64,000 nucleotides of DNA from Eledone cirrhosa. Its lineage: Eukaryota. The notes under the pieces are model-generated. The model searched no databases. It had not been told where the DNA came from and saw nothing but the letters and a program-made list of their open reading frames with translations. The position numbers were made by a program, and so were the translations under genes. Location: contig OZ024746.1 in the NCBI GenBank assembly GCA_964016885.1, forward strand, positions 4,030,001 through 4,094,000, in the 5' to 3' direction. Positions 41,276 through 55,222 of the stretch are shown piece after piece. How positions within the stretch are numbered: position 1 is the stretch's first letter; every line of letters begins with the position of its first letter.

Positions 41276-44076
41276 TCCTCTTCATTCATCAAGAATTGTA
41301 GCAAACGAAACTCCAAAGACACCTAGGTGCAAAAAAATACAAAGCTGTGGTCATTTTTAATGTTTTTACTCTTTGAACAGTTGTTAACGTCTACATCCCT
41401 TAGAGTCCCTAGATGTGACAACATGGTGATGTGTTGCATGCCGATGTCAAACAGACGTCAGCACCTTTCTTTCTGCTCCTCATATCAGAGTTTCCTAATG
41501 TGCTTTTAGTTTTCTTTTGTACTGTGTTTTACTGAATTCCCTTACACCACTTTTTTGGCAAGTTTGATCTACATTCCCAAGACATATCATAATCAAAGAG
41601 AAAATATAACCGAAAAATAGATACTAAAGGAAAATAATGGTGTTTATATTTTTTCTAAAGTTGAAGCCATTTATGAAAAAAAAAAAAAAAAAAAAAGCAA
41701 CTAAAATGAAAGAATGATTTCCATGCTAGATTCCAGAGTCAAAGTGATTGATTTTGTTTATTCACAAAGAAAAAGGTGAACTTAAATCTTTTAGAAGTTC
41801 TCTTCTTAGAAGAGAAGGGTGTGATAGCTAGTTGATGATGGGTTTGTTAATTTGTTTAAACAGAGGTGGAGGAGATGACAATAGTACAGAACTTTTAACA
41901 CACTGTCTAGTGTAACAGAGTTCAAATTCAATCGAAGCATTCTTGGACCTTTATTATATGTTATCAATAAAACGATTGGGTTGTATAAGAACACAAATAT
42001 TTATCTTTATGTATTGAAATTAGAACACATCTACCTTATGCAACATGTTTTTTCACATTACAAATTAATTTAAGCAGCCAACAATTATACACTGCTCGAC
42101 TGATTTAAAGCAATGAGTTTAATAAGTATAAAATCAATATACAGCCAAGTGATAGTTAATCACCTTAGTCATGTGCAACATAGCTAACACATACAAGCTC
42201 TGAAATGTTTGGTTAACAATCGGATATCATTTACACTCGGTTAGCTAAAGTTTTGAGAAAAGAAATGAAAGCGTTACACAACTTTAAACTGGCGTTTGGC
42301 TCGGCAGCGCAACGTAAGTTTAGTGTATGAAGACACGAAGGGTAAATCAACTTAACAAAGTACATATCTCACTAGACCATTCATACTGAGGAATAGTGGG
42401 GGTGCGAGAAGAAACTGAAGCTCAACCTAATCTACATTCCAACAGCTGAACACTGTTCTACCGTGGTCATACAATAAAATATATACAAAACAAGGAAATA
42501 GAATCGATGGTTATATCAAGCTTAGCTTACAAAATTAACTTATATATATATGAAAAACAAACGACATTAAAAAGAGTTCTCTATAACTGGGTAAGGGGTA
42601 AAAACAAGTTGTGATTGGAATTATCGGGGAAAGGAGTAGAGTAATTACAGAGTATTGTATTTAACTATAATTCAGGTAGGTTTCAGTTAAATTCTAAACC
42701 ACCAAAATGTCTTTTAATTTAGAAACTTTTAGAAAGCAAATCCTAATATCTTGTATATAAGTAACAACTATTGTTACCATCACACGTTTCCTTTGATTTC
42801 TTTCTCATTTCATGTTTGACCCGTAAATATATAATTTGGCAGGCAAAAGCATTTCGTTATATTTTTTTGCTTTAAACATATTTCATTAAACGCTTATTTC
42901 ATGAAGGATAAAATTAACAGCGAATAAACAGGATGCAAAAATGTAAGTAAAATATACCAAAAAAAAACTTTTTGAATTATTCGATTTCCGTTTCTAAAGA
43001 AAAATGACGGTGTGTGTGAAATTGGATGGTTCTATGATATATAAATAAAAAAAAAATGAAGTCTGTATTAAAGAGGAGATATATCCAGTCCAATTACCTC
43101 GACAAATCTTCAAAAATCAAAGCATCAAAGGAAATAAAACACAAGTGTCCCAGTGAACTTTAACAAACGTATGCCATAAGTCAAAGTAAAGAAATAGCTC
43201 AGTTAAAGTAATTAATGTGTTTTACTGTTTCATTATCAGAGGAAAGTAAAAGAGAGTTTCATGCAGATGAGTACATTTAAATTATTGAAAGAAATATACA
43301 TCTAAAATACAGTAAACCTACAATTATATAGAAAATATTCTTTGAATAAATTATAAAGAATTCAACCAAAAAAACACACTTTAACGAAACAAATATAAAA
43401 ATCTTGAAAAATAATGTTACAAAAATATTTTGTTGGACCGTATGTTGACCATTCTGCTTATTAGCCCCTAATTAATTATTCCCGATAACAATTCAACGCT
43501 ACCATTACAGATGAGCGTTTGTTGAACATCATATATTGTTGTGGCACATTGTTGCTACCTGAACATGACACCTAGGGTTCTGTTAACACCTTCAGATTGA
43601 GTTAAACTATCGTCACTAGTAATTAATCCTGAATACCACCTGTATTACCTTCTTGAAGAACCAATGTCTACATATCACTGTGATATTTCTATTGCCTATA
43701 TGTCTAAAGGCGAACTAGGTGTTTAAATAGCGGCATTTGGAACTCTACCTTTAGGTGACTGTCTTTAATTTAGTAATTCGACTTTACCTAAATTGTCGAT
43801 TTGATAAGTCTATTTTGTCAAATGTAGTTATCTCTTATGAGATTTTACTTTACATAAAGTTTTCAGGACTGCTCATGTCTTATACTCCGCAGATAAATGT
43901 ATACGGAGTTAGACTTCAGGCTGGGGTTGTATGTTAAATCATATTACATTGTGGATACGGTTTATATTGACTTTCCTTTCCTAAGATGGTGTAGGATCAG
44001 ATTTTAAAATAAATGTGATTTTTTTCTTCATATTCCTTATTCGTCAGCGCTTAGTCACCTTCTTCTTATCTTTATC

Positions 44077-44143
<67 letters not shown>

Positions 44144-44193
44144 GGAGAGTGAGTGAGAGTGGGATAGAGAGAGAAAGAGATACACACACACAC

Positions 44194-44224
<31 letters not shown>

Positions 44225-45389
44225 GTAGCTATGAACTCATCACCGCAAGTGCCAATCTCTAATTACTCTGGTAATCTTAGCGTTGTACATGTGATATCTT
44301 TATTTCTAGATCTGATAAATATGGCGATGTCGCTTGATCCTCTTACACACACATCTAACTATTGCATCACATTGCTCATTCTAATTATTCAATCTAATTA
44401 TTGCATCTAACTATTACCATCTTCATTACAGGCTCTTATTTATTGCTTCATGACATTATATGTGATATCCAGTGAAGCGATGTTGACAATTGCGGATGTG
44501 TTAGTGAAAAGTGTGATCTTCCTAATACGACGGAGCGGATGTCATGTAAGTAAGCCCAGCATTTAACATTATATTAATGTTTAATCTCCGTCTTCTTTAT
44601 TAGAAAGAATATATGTGAATATCTGCCGATGTATTTCATGCATTCGGACGCATGTATTGTAGTTGCTTGATTACCGAAAGTAACATCAACCACGAAGTCG
44701 CTTTCAACATGTAACATATTAAATGACTAAATTTAGAAAAGGCTTCAATGTGAAAAAAATCTGTACAGTGACTTTATATGTATCTGTCGCTCGCTTAACA
44801 ATTTCATAACATATTGGAACTTGTTGACTCCTTAATATATCAGTTGCATGAATTGGAAGAAGATCATATATGTATTCTTGAATGGTATATTTATATTCGA
44901 TAGCATTAACGCCAGAATCTAAACTATAATAAAATAAGGAGTGCGGGACTGCATCCAGAATATTTTTTTTTTATCCCGTTTGTAAAATAAGTTGGATTAC
45001 TTTGAATAAATAATTAATGAATATTACATAATTTATTTACTAAATTTCGTGGCTGTTCATTAAATATATTTTATTACTTATTTAAAGATTCACTTCTTTA
45101 AAATTTTCAAATGTCAACACTTCTGGTTAGCGGTCGCTTAAATAAATATTCATATATTTCCGTCACTAATTTTCTCCTAATGCAGTTTATATATAATATC
45201 GTCTTTTTTTAATGTATCATGGATTACGTTACTGATTACATAAGACAGTGTAACGCAGTCTTGTTTGATTTCTGTGTATATTGTCAATTACGATTTTATT
45301 TGATGTATCATATGTACATGTATATATACTTGCGTATAATATCAATATACACACTACACATGCTAGCAGTAAACCGCCCGAAGCATAAT

Positions 45390-45547
45390 AAGACGGCGAA
45401 TTGTCAAAGTGGTTAGAACGTCGGATAGAATACTTTATGGTATTCGTTCCGGATCTCTGCTCTCTGATCAGATCTCTCAAATCCCGCCGAGGTCAACTTT
45501 CATCCTTTCGAGGTCGATCAAAAAAGTACCAGTCTAGTCCTGGGGTC
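45390..45547 (+). mobile_element. Diverged Nin/Deu-core SINE
   Basis: aaatcccgccgaggtcaactttcatcctttcgaggtcgat...agtaccagt. Confidence 0.7.
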
Positions 45548-46429
45548 GTTTCTCCCTTTATATCTTTTTCTCGTTTCCTCTCTCCCTCTCATTTTCTATC
45601 TTTCTCTGGAAGAAATCTGCTGTACTCAGTCCTGGAGAGGGAGGGGCTCCACCAGGCTTTAAATGGCCAAGAAACACAGTATGTCAATACGGCGCTCTAC
45701 AACTCTATCTGGAGTGACGGGTCCATACATACATACTCACAATTACCTACGTTTTACCCTTAAAATATGAACATTTCAAGCTGGATTTTGACAAACGGCC
45801 TTCCCTGGATTTAAACCTAAATTTAAATCAAGGAGTATGATGAAAAGCCTCAGCCAAATACAATACATATCACAAGAACTTAAGTAAACATTGAACAGTT
45901 GTATACTCTATATATTCTATTAATTTGAGAGCGGCGGTGATCAGTGGAACAACCATTCTGGTACTCCAAGAGGATCCAGCAATATCCGGTAGAAAACTAA
46001 TGAAATCAATGACCTCGTACTATAAGCTCACATGCTCACACACACACATGTACACACACATGTACACACACACATGTACACACACACACACACATGTATA
46101 CACACACATATATACACACACATGTATACATACATACATACATACACACACACATATATATATACAGGCACACAGACATGCATCTATACATATACACACA
46201 GGTCTAGTTTCACACGTAAAGCCTTTATACGACGGTACTCGCCAGCTAGATGTCTTATGGTGTAATGTTTTATCGTGGTCGTTCGGCTCTCGGTAGATGC
46301 CTAGTTCGATTCCTGCAGGCGTTTTGTTCAATTTTTTTCCGACTCCAGGGGTATTTTACCATAATTGTTAAAATATTATTTATAGCTATCTGTATTGTGG
46401 CGACTTACTAAATGAAAAAGTCAACATAT

Positions 46430-46529
<100 letters not shown>

Positions 46530-48544
46530 GTGTAAGAGTTTTTGTCGTTTTTCGTTACTTAGCTTCGGATAAAAAAGAAACCCGTAGCTGGAGGGGTCGC
46601 TGTCGGACGGAACCCCGCAGAAAGCCGGAGAAATACCGCAAGGTATTTTATATGCACTAACGATTCAACCAATTGACTGCTTTAAATACGATAATATGCT
46701 GCGTTGAAATGAATACCACCAAAACCTACAAAGACAAAGAAGGAGTCCTCGGAGTGGTCACACGATTTTCCAGAAATAGCAGCTGAATCTCACTTTTTCT
46801 ATCACTCCCGTCTAGAATACATTAAACCACGCAGGAAATATTGGATAACGAAGTCTTAGATATACTGTAAAAACATTGGATTGAGTTATTTTGTACATAG
46901 ATCGACTTGTTCATGGTAAACCTAGGGTTAAACAGCAATAACAACTCGCTTAGCTCCCCTTTCCTGTTGCGAGACGTCTTGTGTGAAGTGTTTGGTTTAA
47001 TTGTCAATGATATTCTAAGATAGTTTATATTGTTACAGCTTTTATAGGGCATGAGCGGAAGAAGTGCCCCCTGTTGGGAGCAAGTGCCACTCGAAAGGGG
47101 GAACAAGGAGCTGCAACGACGAACTTCTTTTCAACAAAACAATAGGGGTTCTCAAATAGAGGAAATAAAAATAAATAAAAACAATAGGGATTCTCAAATA
47201 GAGAAAATAAAAATAAATAAAAACAATATAGAAATGTAAAGAACTAAAAAAAATATACATACATAAAAATAAAAGATGACTTTAAGGAATAAATGTCTCG
47301 TTGAGTGGTTTCTTATTGTTGTTGTTGTTGAGGTTTAGCAAGATGGTGCGGGATGGTTGTAGTGTAATGTGGTGTGGTGTTCTGTGGTAAGTGAAGATTA
47401 TAGATGGTGTATAATTGATACAAGGCGGGGAGAAGTCGGTGAGGGCGGAGCAAAAGGGCGTTTAGAAAACAGGAGCAAGGAGAAAGTGTTGAAAGCTGAT
47501 GATGATGGTGGTGGTGTTGGTGGTTATGGTGGAGGATGGGGCTTTAGGTAGCACAGAGCAGGAAGAGGCGGGGGAGTTCTGTTTACCCCCTGGGCGGTGT
47601 TAAAAGATGGAGTATGTTATGGAAGGTAAGAAAAAAAAACTGACTCACCCCCCACAAAAAAAAAACAACGATACGTAGTGATAATGTGAAAATGTATTTT
47701 TTATGGATTATTGTTGTAATTGTTAATATTGTTGTTGTTGTTGCTGGTTTGTTCAAGGTCAGCCCTGATCGAACTGTCACATGATCAAGGTGCTCAAGTC
47801 ATGAATATCCTTTCCTTTTATTTTCAGATATATCTGGGGTTATATTATTAAATATGTTTGTTTTTGAAGACGGCGTATTGAGATTTGAGGGGAATTTAGC
47901 CGTTATTTCTAGCAGCTCATGATGCCATAACAGGCGACCTTATTGATTCATCAGTTATTGATATTTTTTTATGTTTAACCCTAGGTGATCTTTGAATGAA
48001 TGAAGCTATAAAGATAGGCGTTCCACCCGTGGCAATCACATCGTTCTACAGATATAGTGTATCAAGAACTAAATTATTTAAAGTATATTTTTTCAAAGAA
48101 TGTTAGGGTGTGATTTGAGGGAGAGTTGGCTACTATTTCTAGCAGCTCAATCAACCATATTGATGTTTTCTTCATTGACACGTGTAGCGTTGTCATAGCT
48201 ACCGAAATGATTTTAAACAATATCAATCACATAGTTATTAATTTCTTTCATTAACTACAACTAAATAAATAATAAAATAAATAATAATTAATGTGCAATC
48301 GGTTGTATATATATATGTGTGTATATGTGTATGTATGTGTGTGTATGTGTGTATATGTGTGTGTATGTGTGTGTATGTGTGTATATGTGTGTATATGTGT
48401 GTATATGTGTGTGTATATATGTGTGTATATGTGTGTATAAGTGTGTATATGTGTGTATATGTGTGTGTATATATGTGTGTATATGTGTGTATATATATGT
48501 GTGACGTCCAAACGAATATACTCCAACTAACTTAATAACTTGGT

Positions 48545-49015
48545 CCCTACCGACGGGATGGAGAATATATTGGCCCGGACGACAGCAAAGGAGACGTGCT
48601 GCACCAACCACTCCGAGACTCGCACTTGTGGGCAGCGAACGCGGCTCCAATAGTAGTGAGCAAGGATGAGGTCTAGGGGTGAAGAACGGCGGAAGTCTCC
48701 ACTGCTATAGACTCTACCACAAACCTATCAGAGAGCAGCCGAACCTTTGACAGTTTGTCCTCTCCGGGCTGGCGGGCAGCAGGCCCTGGGCTGGTAGCCG
48801 AACGCACCAGGTTGACACTATAGAAGGTGTCACAGTATGTAGTATCCCAGATGAGGGACCTACTCCCGCACAATGGGAAGACTGTCATGCCGCCTGACTT
48901 TTTGCCGTTCCCTCGGTCTAGTGACGTTGGCTAGAGCTAGGAAGAGAAGACTGCACGGACCAAGCCATGCTTTATGATGTCGTTGAGAGCAGTATGGCGT
49001 AGGAGGCAACCATGT
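48545..49015 (-). mobile_element. CRE-like non-LTR retrotransposon endonuclease/3' fragment
   Basis: RHTALNDIIK, SLIWDTTYCDTF, IAVETS, EWLVQHVSFAVVRANIFSI. Confidence 0.7.
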
Positions 49016-49239
49016 AACGCCTCAGTTATTATTATTAGATTTTTAATGCCCACTGCATTGAATATGTTAATACTAAATTAACTATTGTTTTCATTGGGAT
49101 GACTTTCTATAATAATTGCAGTGGTTTGGTCTATTAAATATGATAATTTTCAAAGCTAGTCTCATTTGATTTCGCAAGCTATGTTAGGTTTATTTACAAT
49201 AGTTTATAACTTTGTCTATTAATCCGTATGGTGAGCAAA

Positions 49240-49592
49240 TGGGGTCCCACGTTCTGGCCTCCCCACACCCCGGCGGACAGGATGGAGAAGGCGTTTCTCC
49301 GGGGGATGGTAAGGGAGATGCGCTGCAAGAGCCATTCCAACTCGCGAGGCTCACACCTGCGGCTGGCCAGCTCAGCGCCTATGGTGGTGAATAGGGAGGT
49401 AGCCCTAGGGCCAAGGACACCAGGAGTCTCCACTGCCAAGGGCACGACCGGTATTTGGAGAGCGACCGGTATTTGGAGAGTTTGGCCTCCTCAGCCCGAA
49501 GTGCAGCAGTACCTGGGTTAATCACAGACTGCACCAGGCTGGGGCTGGAGAAAGTGTCGCTGCAAGTGGCATCCCAGACGAGGGGTTTGCCA
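49240..49592 (-). mobile_element. CRE-like 3' fragment
   Basis: PLAVETPGVLGP...WLLQRISLTIPRRNAFSIL. Confidence 0.7.
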
Positions 49593-49702
49593 CAATATTT
49601 TACATTTACATAGTAAGTCTCTCATAAATACTTCATCAACTACGGCGTAGTGTATTTTTCATTGAGGAGGTAAATATGTTAATGCTAACACATGTTGGAT
49701 TT

Positions 49703-49950
49703 GGAGGCGTGTAGTGTAGTGCTAAGGGTGTTGAACTTACAATCAGAATTTCGTGGGTTCAATTTCTGGATTGGGTTGCATGTTGTGTTCTGGGACAAAA
49801 CACTTCATTTCACATTACTCCAGTATACTAAAAATGATTACCATCAATATCATTAACCCTGCGATGGACTAGCGTCATGTCCAGGGGATGTCTTGTACTC
49901 TCAGTCGCTTCACGGCACGAAACCGTGATAAATACTAGCCTAACGAACTT
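49703..49950 (+). mobile_element. tRNA-derived SINE (CORE-like plus V-like segments)
   Basis: A-box- and B-box-like head; aaacacttcatttcac; aaccctgcgatggactagcgtc. Confidence 0.6.
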
Positions 49951-50439
49951 TCTGGCTTGAGACAGACTTAAAAAAAATAGCCTATTAAACATGCCGGGTG
50001 ATGTTCTTCGCACTTGCGGAAATGGTAAAAACAATATTAGTCATTGAGATAAATTGTTTTTTCCTGGCCGTCTAATTATTTCTAAATAATCTTTTGATGC
50101 CGAAAGCATTATGTATGTTAACATTAACATAACTATTAGTTAAGGTCGGTTGCTTGTTATTGTCATTGCTATTCTTATTATTCATGTTATTGTTCAATTA
50201 ACAAGCCTTATGTTAAAGACTTTTTACGTTATTTCTTCCAAGTATTAGAAAATAATTGCAATAAGTAAATAAATAGGAAAATATCAGGAAATTTTATATG
50301 AATTATAAGCGAAACAAAATAAAATCAATATTAAAGCTAAAGAGGAATTTCGTGGTGATGTTTTAAAAGTATATGAAGTGTAATACTTCAAGTGTAATGT
50401 CTTTAGTGTAGTATAGGTCCCTTTAGTACAAATGTGAGC

Positions 50440-51070
50440 AATAATAATTGACCAAACAGCAGAGGAACTCATAAATTATTCCATGGAGTAAATGCAGCAA
50501 ATCAGAGGACCAGGTCACTGACACTGCACACTTCATGACACAGGTATATGCCAGCGGACATATGTAGTATATCGGATTGAATGTGATAAATGTAAGGAGT
50601 TCTACATTGGTAGTTCCACTCGACCACTCCACAACCGCATTAAATAACACTTCAACACACGCATTCTCCTTAAAAAAAAAAAACACATTGACAACTGCAA
50701 AAACACCAACAAACACAAACTAGTCAATATTGAAGCCAGAAAGAGAAAAGTGGGCAACTTAAGGTTAAACACTTCTTATACGCAGGTTCAACCCACAAAT
50801 CAACAACAGATTGGAACTCAGCACACAATACTTAACTTATCATTTCCTACACTATATACTATACACAATGCTTCAAGCAAGCTACATGTTATCATATATA
50901 CAAGAGTTTAGATGAGTTGATCATACAACTATATAAAGAATATTTTCAGACTTCTGTGATTGTTTTGTGGGCATGGATTGGTAAATATTGTTATTTAATA
51001 GATTCTGAAGAGATTATTGTTACAGGAATGAATATTCCTGTTATTTTAGTCGAAGTGTTCGTCAATCAAT
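50440..51070 (+). pseudogene. Penelope-like GIY-YIG endonuclease fragment with downstream degenerate hammerhead
   Basis: VVYRIECDKCKEFYIGSSTRPLHNRIK*H at ~50562-50650; gatt-CTGAAGA-gatta...tagtc-GAAG...GTC-aatc at 51001-51067. Confidence 0.8.
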
Positions 51071-51247
51071 TGAATTATTTTATCTAAATTAATATATAGA
51101 TATAGCTTTTGAAACGGCGAGAGCTTAGCCATCGGGTCCCGACTCTTTATAATATATATATATATATACATATATACACATATATATACATATATATACA
51201 TATAAGACTAGAGAAAATTAACTAAACATATTCATCAAATTAACATT

Positions 51248-51392
51248 TATTTTCGACATATGTTTCGATTGATGCAGATAAAAATACAATTAATTCACAA
51301 TTAATATCAAACATTAAGAGTAAAACCAATTGCATTATCTATGTAAATACATTGATAACACATCAAATTATCTCCACAATCTCTTCAGGAAC
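51248..51392 (-). ncRNA. Hammerhead motif with a long stem II insertion
   Basis: Minus strand: CTGAAGA-gattg-(~107 nt)-caatc-GAAAC-atat-GTC-gaaa, then AATAAA. Confidence 0.6.
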
Positions 51393-51495
51393 GATAAAGA
51401 TTGTCAAAGTTAATGTGTCATTTTATCTTGACAGAAATACCGGACATAGCCCAGGATAAACAGTAGAAACACATTTACTGAAAAGACAAACAAAT

Positions 51496-51867
51496 TACTC
51501 TCAGGTCTCGAATAATCTCCCCCCTCCCATCCCCAACCTGCCTATTAATTTTTCAGATTTCGTCTAAGGCCCCACGTTCATATTTCCCCACCCCACTTAT
51601 TAAATTTTGCTAATTTGTCTCCAGTGAAATTTTATTTCAAGTGGTATCATTCCTGTCATAATTTTCTTTATGCATTAAGAAAAACATTATACATGACAAC
51701 AAAAAAAACATTACAAGAAATTCTATATGTTATAAAATAAATAGGATGGGTGGGGGTCTCAATATGTAAATTAAACGACTAATTCTGGTTTTTAAAATCA
51801 TCAACAAGGAAAACTTTGAAAAATTACCAATTTTCCACCCCACCTTATTATTTGGGCGACGAGAGTG
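51496..51867. mobile_element. MITE, second copy of 14925-15324
   Basis: Same TIRs and internal sequence. Confidence 0.8.
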
Positions 51868-51870
51868 CTA

Positions 51871-52539
51871 ATTCAGTGCAAGCCAATAACACAATTCAGT
51901 GCCAATAACACTATTTAGTGCAAGCTAATAACACTATTCAGTGCCAATAACACTATTTAGTGCAAGCCAATAACACTATTCAGTGCCAATAACACTATTT
52001 AGTGCAAGCCAATAACACTATTTAGTGCCAATAACACTATTTAGTGCAAGCCAATAACCCTTTTCGGTGCCAATAACACTATTTAGTGCAAGCCAATAAC
52101 CTTTTTCGAGGTCAATAACACTATTTAGTGCAAGCCAATAACACTATTTAGTGCAAGCTAATAACACTATTTAGTGCCAATAACACTATTTAGTGCAAGC
52201 CAATAACACTATTTAGTGCAAGCTAATAACACTATTTAGTGCCAATAACACTATTTAGTGCAAGCCAATAACACTATTTAGTGCCAATAACACTATTTAG
52301 TGCAAGCCAATAACACTATTTAGTGCAAGCCAATAACACTATTCAGTGCCAATAACACTATTTAGTGCAAGCCAATAACACTATTTAGTGCAAGCTAATA
52401 ACACTATTTAGTGCCAATAACACTATTTAGTGCAAGCCAATAACACTATTCAGTGCAAGTTAATAACACTATTCAGTGCCAATAACACTATTTAGTGCAA
52501 GCCAATAACACTATTTAGTGCAAGCCAATAGCACTATTC
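51871..52539. repeat. Composite 19/23-bp minisatellite
   Basis: gccaataacactatttagt with or without gcaa. Confidence 0.95.
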
Positions 52540-52912
52540 CTGTTTTGTTTCGGTCATACTGCAATAGGATGGAAATAGCTATCTGATGAAATTTACTTTC
52601 CGTTGGAAATTCTCTGAATTTCCAATCTTTTGTAAATGGAAACCGCCGGTAATAGCATTATGAAGAGGTAGATATTTAAATCATTTTTTAATTTATTTAA
52701 AGGATTGTTTAATGTTTGATTGTTCTGCTCATCAATTTTTATAGTTCTGGTATCTCGAATTAGTACCATAGAACAACAATTATATTATAGACACCCTATA
52801 TATCTCTATGGGTACTTAGTACTCAGTGAGATATTCATCTCATTTATATATATATATATATATATATGAATATATGTATATATGTATATATATTATATAT
52901 CATATATATGAA

Positions 52913-52976
<64 letters not shown>

Positions 52977-53049
52977 TATATACATATATATACATATATA
53001 TATGTATATATAATTATAAAATAACAGGAGGCTGGACTGGTGTAATTCC

Positions 53050-53123
53050 CTGAAAGGTTTATTATATTATGATCATTTCAATGACCGGGTTCAGTATGAA
53101 TCCGGTGACATCATCAGGTATTC
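53050..53123 (-). ncRNA. Hammerhead-like motif (weak stem I)
   Basis: Minus strand: CTGATGA-tgtcaccggattca-tac-tgaacccggtca-tt-GAAA-tgatca-TA, then AATAAA. Confidence 0.5.
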
Positions 53124-53371
53124 AAAATATAACAAAGGAATATAACAGATAAAAACCATGGGGCTGAAAATCAGAGACAAGAGGACGACCGACCATTTAG
53201 CAGCTTCTATATATACATGTATATATATGTATATATATGTATATACATGTGTATATATACATGTATATATATATATTTATACATACATATATACATATAT
53301 ATTTATATATATATATACGTGTATATATATATATATCTGTATATATATGTGTGTGTGCGAGTTTATACGTG

Positions 53372-53429
<58 letters not shown>

Positions 53430-54091
53430 TCTATAGCTGGCATATTAAAAATGTGTCTTTCTTCACCCCATCGCCCCGTTACTTTCGATTATGTCACCTG
53501 GGATTCAAATTACAGAATGTTTTTTATTTCGGTGTCTACTCAGACAGTTTGTAGTGGTCATCAATTTTTTACACAACCATATTTGATGTTATGCCAAATA
53601 CTTTATGAAAGAGTAGAGAATATATGTCAACATCTCTTCAAGTGGACATGACAGTTTTCTCTGGACAATCATGTAATTTATTGTTGACGAATAGCTTGGC
53701 GTACTCTTAATGGGGTCATTATTGTAAATGAATAAATAAATGAGATTTTCCCCATAGGTGGTCCAAGTTCATTACGTCCTTAAATGTTGCTGTCGTGAAT
53801 TATTCAACGATCCTTCTGGTCAATGCTGTTGATTTCTTTTTTATTCTACAAATATTGTTGTTCAATCTTTTGCTTCAGTAAATGGTGATATTTTTTGTTA
53901 ATTTTTACTAACTACTCAGTTTCATTCACAACGTAGGGGTCATCCCGGGGCTATGGTAATTAACTGTTGCCTATATATATATAATAGTATAGCACCCGGC
54001 AAAAATAAAGTGCATACTAAAAAAAAAAAAATATTCAATTCCATAACTTCTTATATAGTACCTCATCGTAGAGCTAAAGGAGTGGCTCGTC

Positions 54092-54216
54092 GTCTTCTTC
54101 TTCTTCTTCTTCTTCTTCTTCTTCTTCTTCTTCTTCTTCTTCTTCTTCTTCTTCTTCTTCTTCTTCTTCTTCTTCTTCTTCTTCTTCTTCTTCTTCTTCT
54201 TCTTCTTCTTCTTCTT
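54092..54216. repeat. (CTT)n microsatellite
   Basis: Directly visible. Confidence 0.97.
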
Positions 54217-54469
54217 TCTCTATAAATGTATAAAATCATCCATATATATGTTTCATTTTTATTCAAGTTCAAGATATTGCCAGTCTCAACTTCATCTTAC
54301 CATTTTATCAATTCGATAATGTATCGTGTTCTACATTTTACATATTTGGTGGAACATTGCTGATGTCTATTGTTTTATGTTGTTTTTTTATGACAATCCA
54401 AATTTCCATCCCATTATCAGTGAGGAAGCATGTCCTCACTTAAACAGAACTAGAAATTGTAAAATGTTC

Positions 54470-55130
54470 TCCTTCTGGCTTCAATATTGACTAGTTTGTG
54501 TTTGTTGGTGTTTTTGCAGTTGTCAATGTTTTTTTTTTAAGGAGAATGCGTGTGCGTTGAAGTGTTATTTAATGCGGTTGTGGAGTGGTCGAGTGGAACT
54601 ACCAATGTAGAACTCCTTACATTTATCACATTCAATCCGATATATTACATATGTCCGCTGGCATATACCTGTGTCATGAAGTGTGCAGTGTCAGTGACCT
54701 GGTCCTCTGATTTGCTGCATTTACTCCAGATAAGCGTCAGTTGATTTCTTATATATACAATTTTGGAACCAAAGGGGAAGGCTGACAACATATAATGGCC
54801 GCTTTCCTATAGAAGTTGGTGTATATATCACCTGGCCCCCAGGGGCAGCGAACCATGTATGTTGTTATCTATTTTGAGAACGTCGTGGCTATTATGTCGG
54901 CCTCTTCACGGGATGATGTGAAGATGAGTATACCATCTATGTATCAGGTGAAGACGATACAGGAGCGGCAGGTGTTGAGCACTCGACCTTCTAGTTGGTT
55001 TATATAGGTGATGGCTAGAAGGCCCGAAAGACTGTCGTGTATAGGGAGACAACCTCGGGGGTTAAGACATATCGGTTGGATTTAAGTTGGTTAGGTTGTT
55101 GTTGATATAGTCTTTGTATGACTTCATCGG
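54470..55130 (-). pseudogene. Degenerate, internally deleted Penelope-like RT + GIY-YIG
   Basis: LPIHDSLSGLLAITYINQLE...*YIDGILIF, FYRKAA, then VIYRIECDKCKEFYIGSSTRPLHNRIK*H. Confidence 0.75.
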
Positions 55131-55222
55131 AGCTGCTAACATGTCCCGGAAAATGTATGTATGTATGTATGTATGTATGTATGTATGTATGTATGTATGT
55201 ATGTATGTATGTATGTATATAT

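Noticed and set aside
46253-46322. tRNA gene
   Set aside because: A-box- and B-box-like motifs present, but I could not fold a cloverleaf; likely a decayed tRNA-derived repeat
52560-53950. Additional decayed Penelope RT
   Set aside because: Composition is suggestive, but no diagnostic motif could be read reliably
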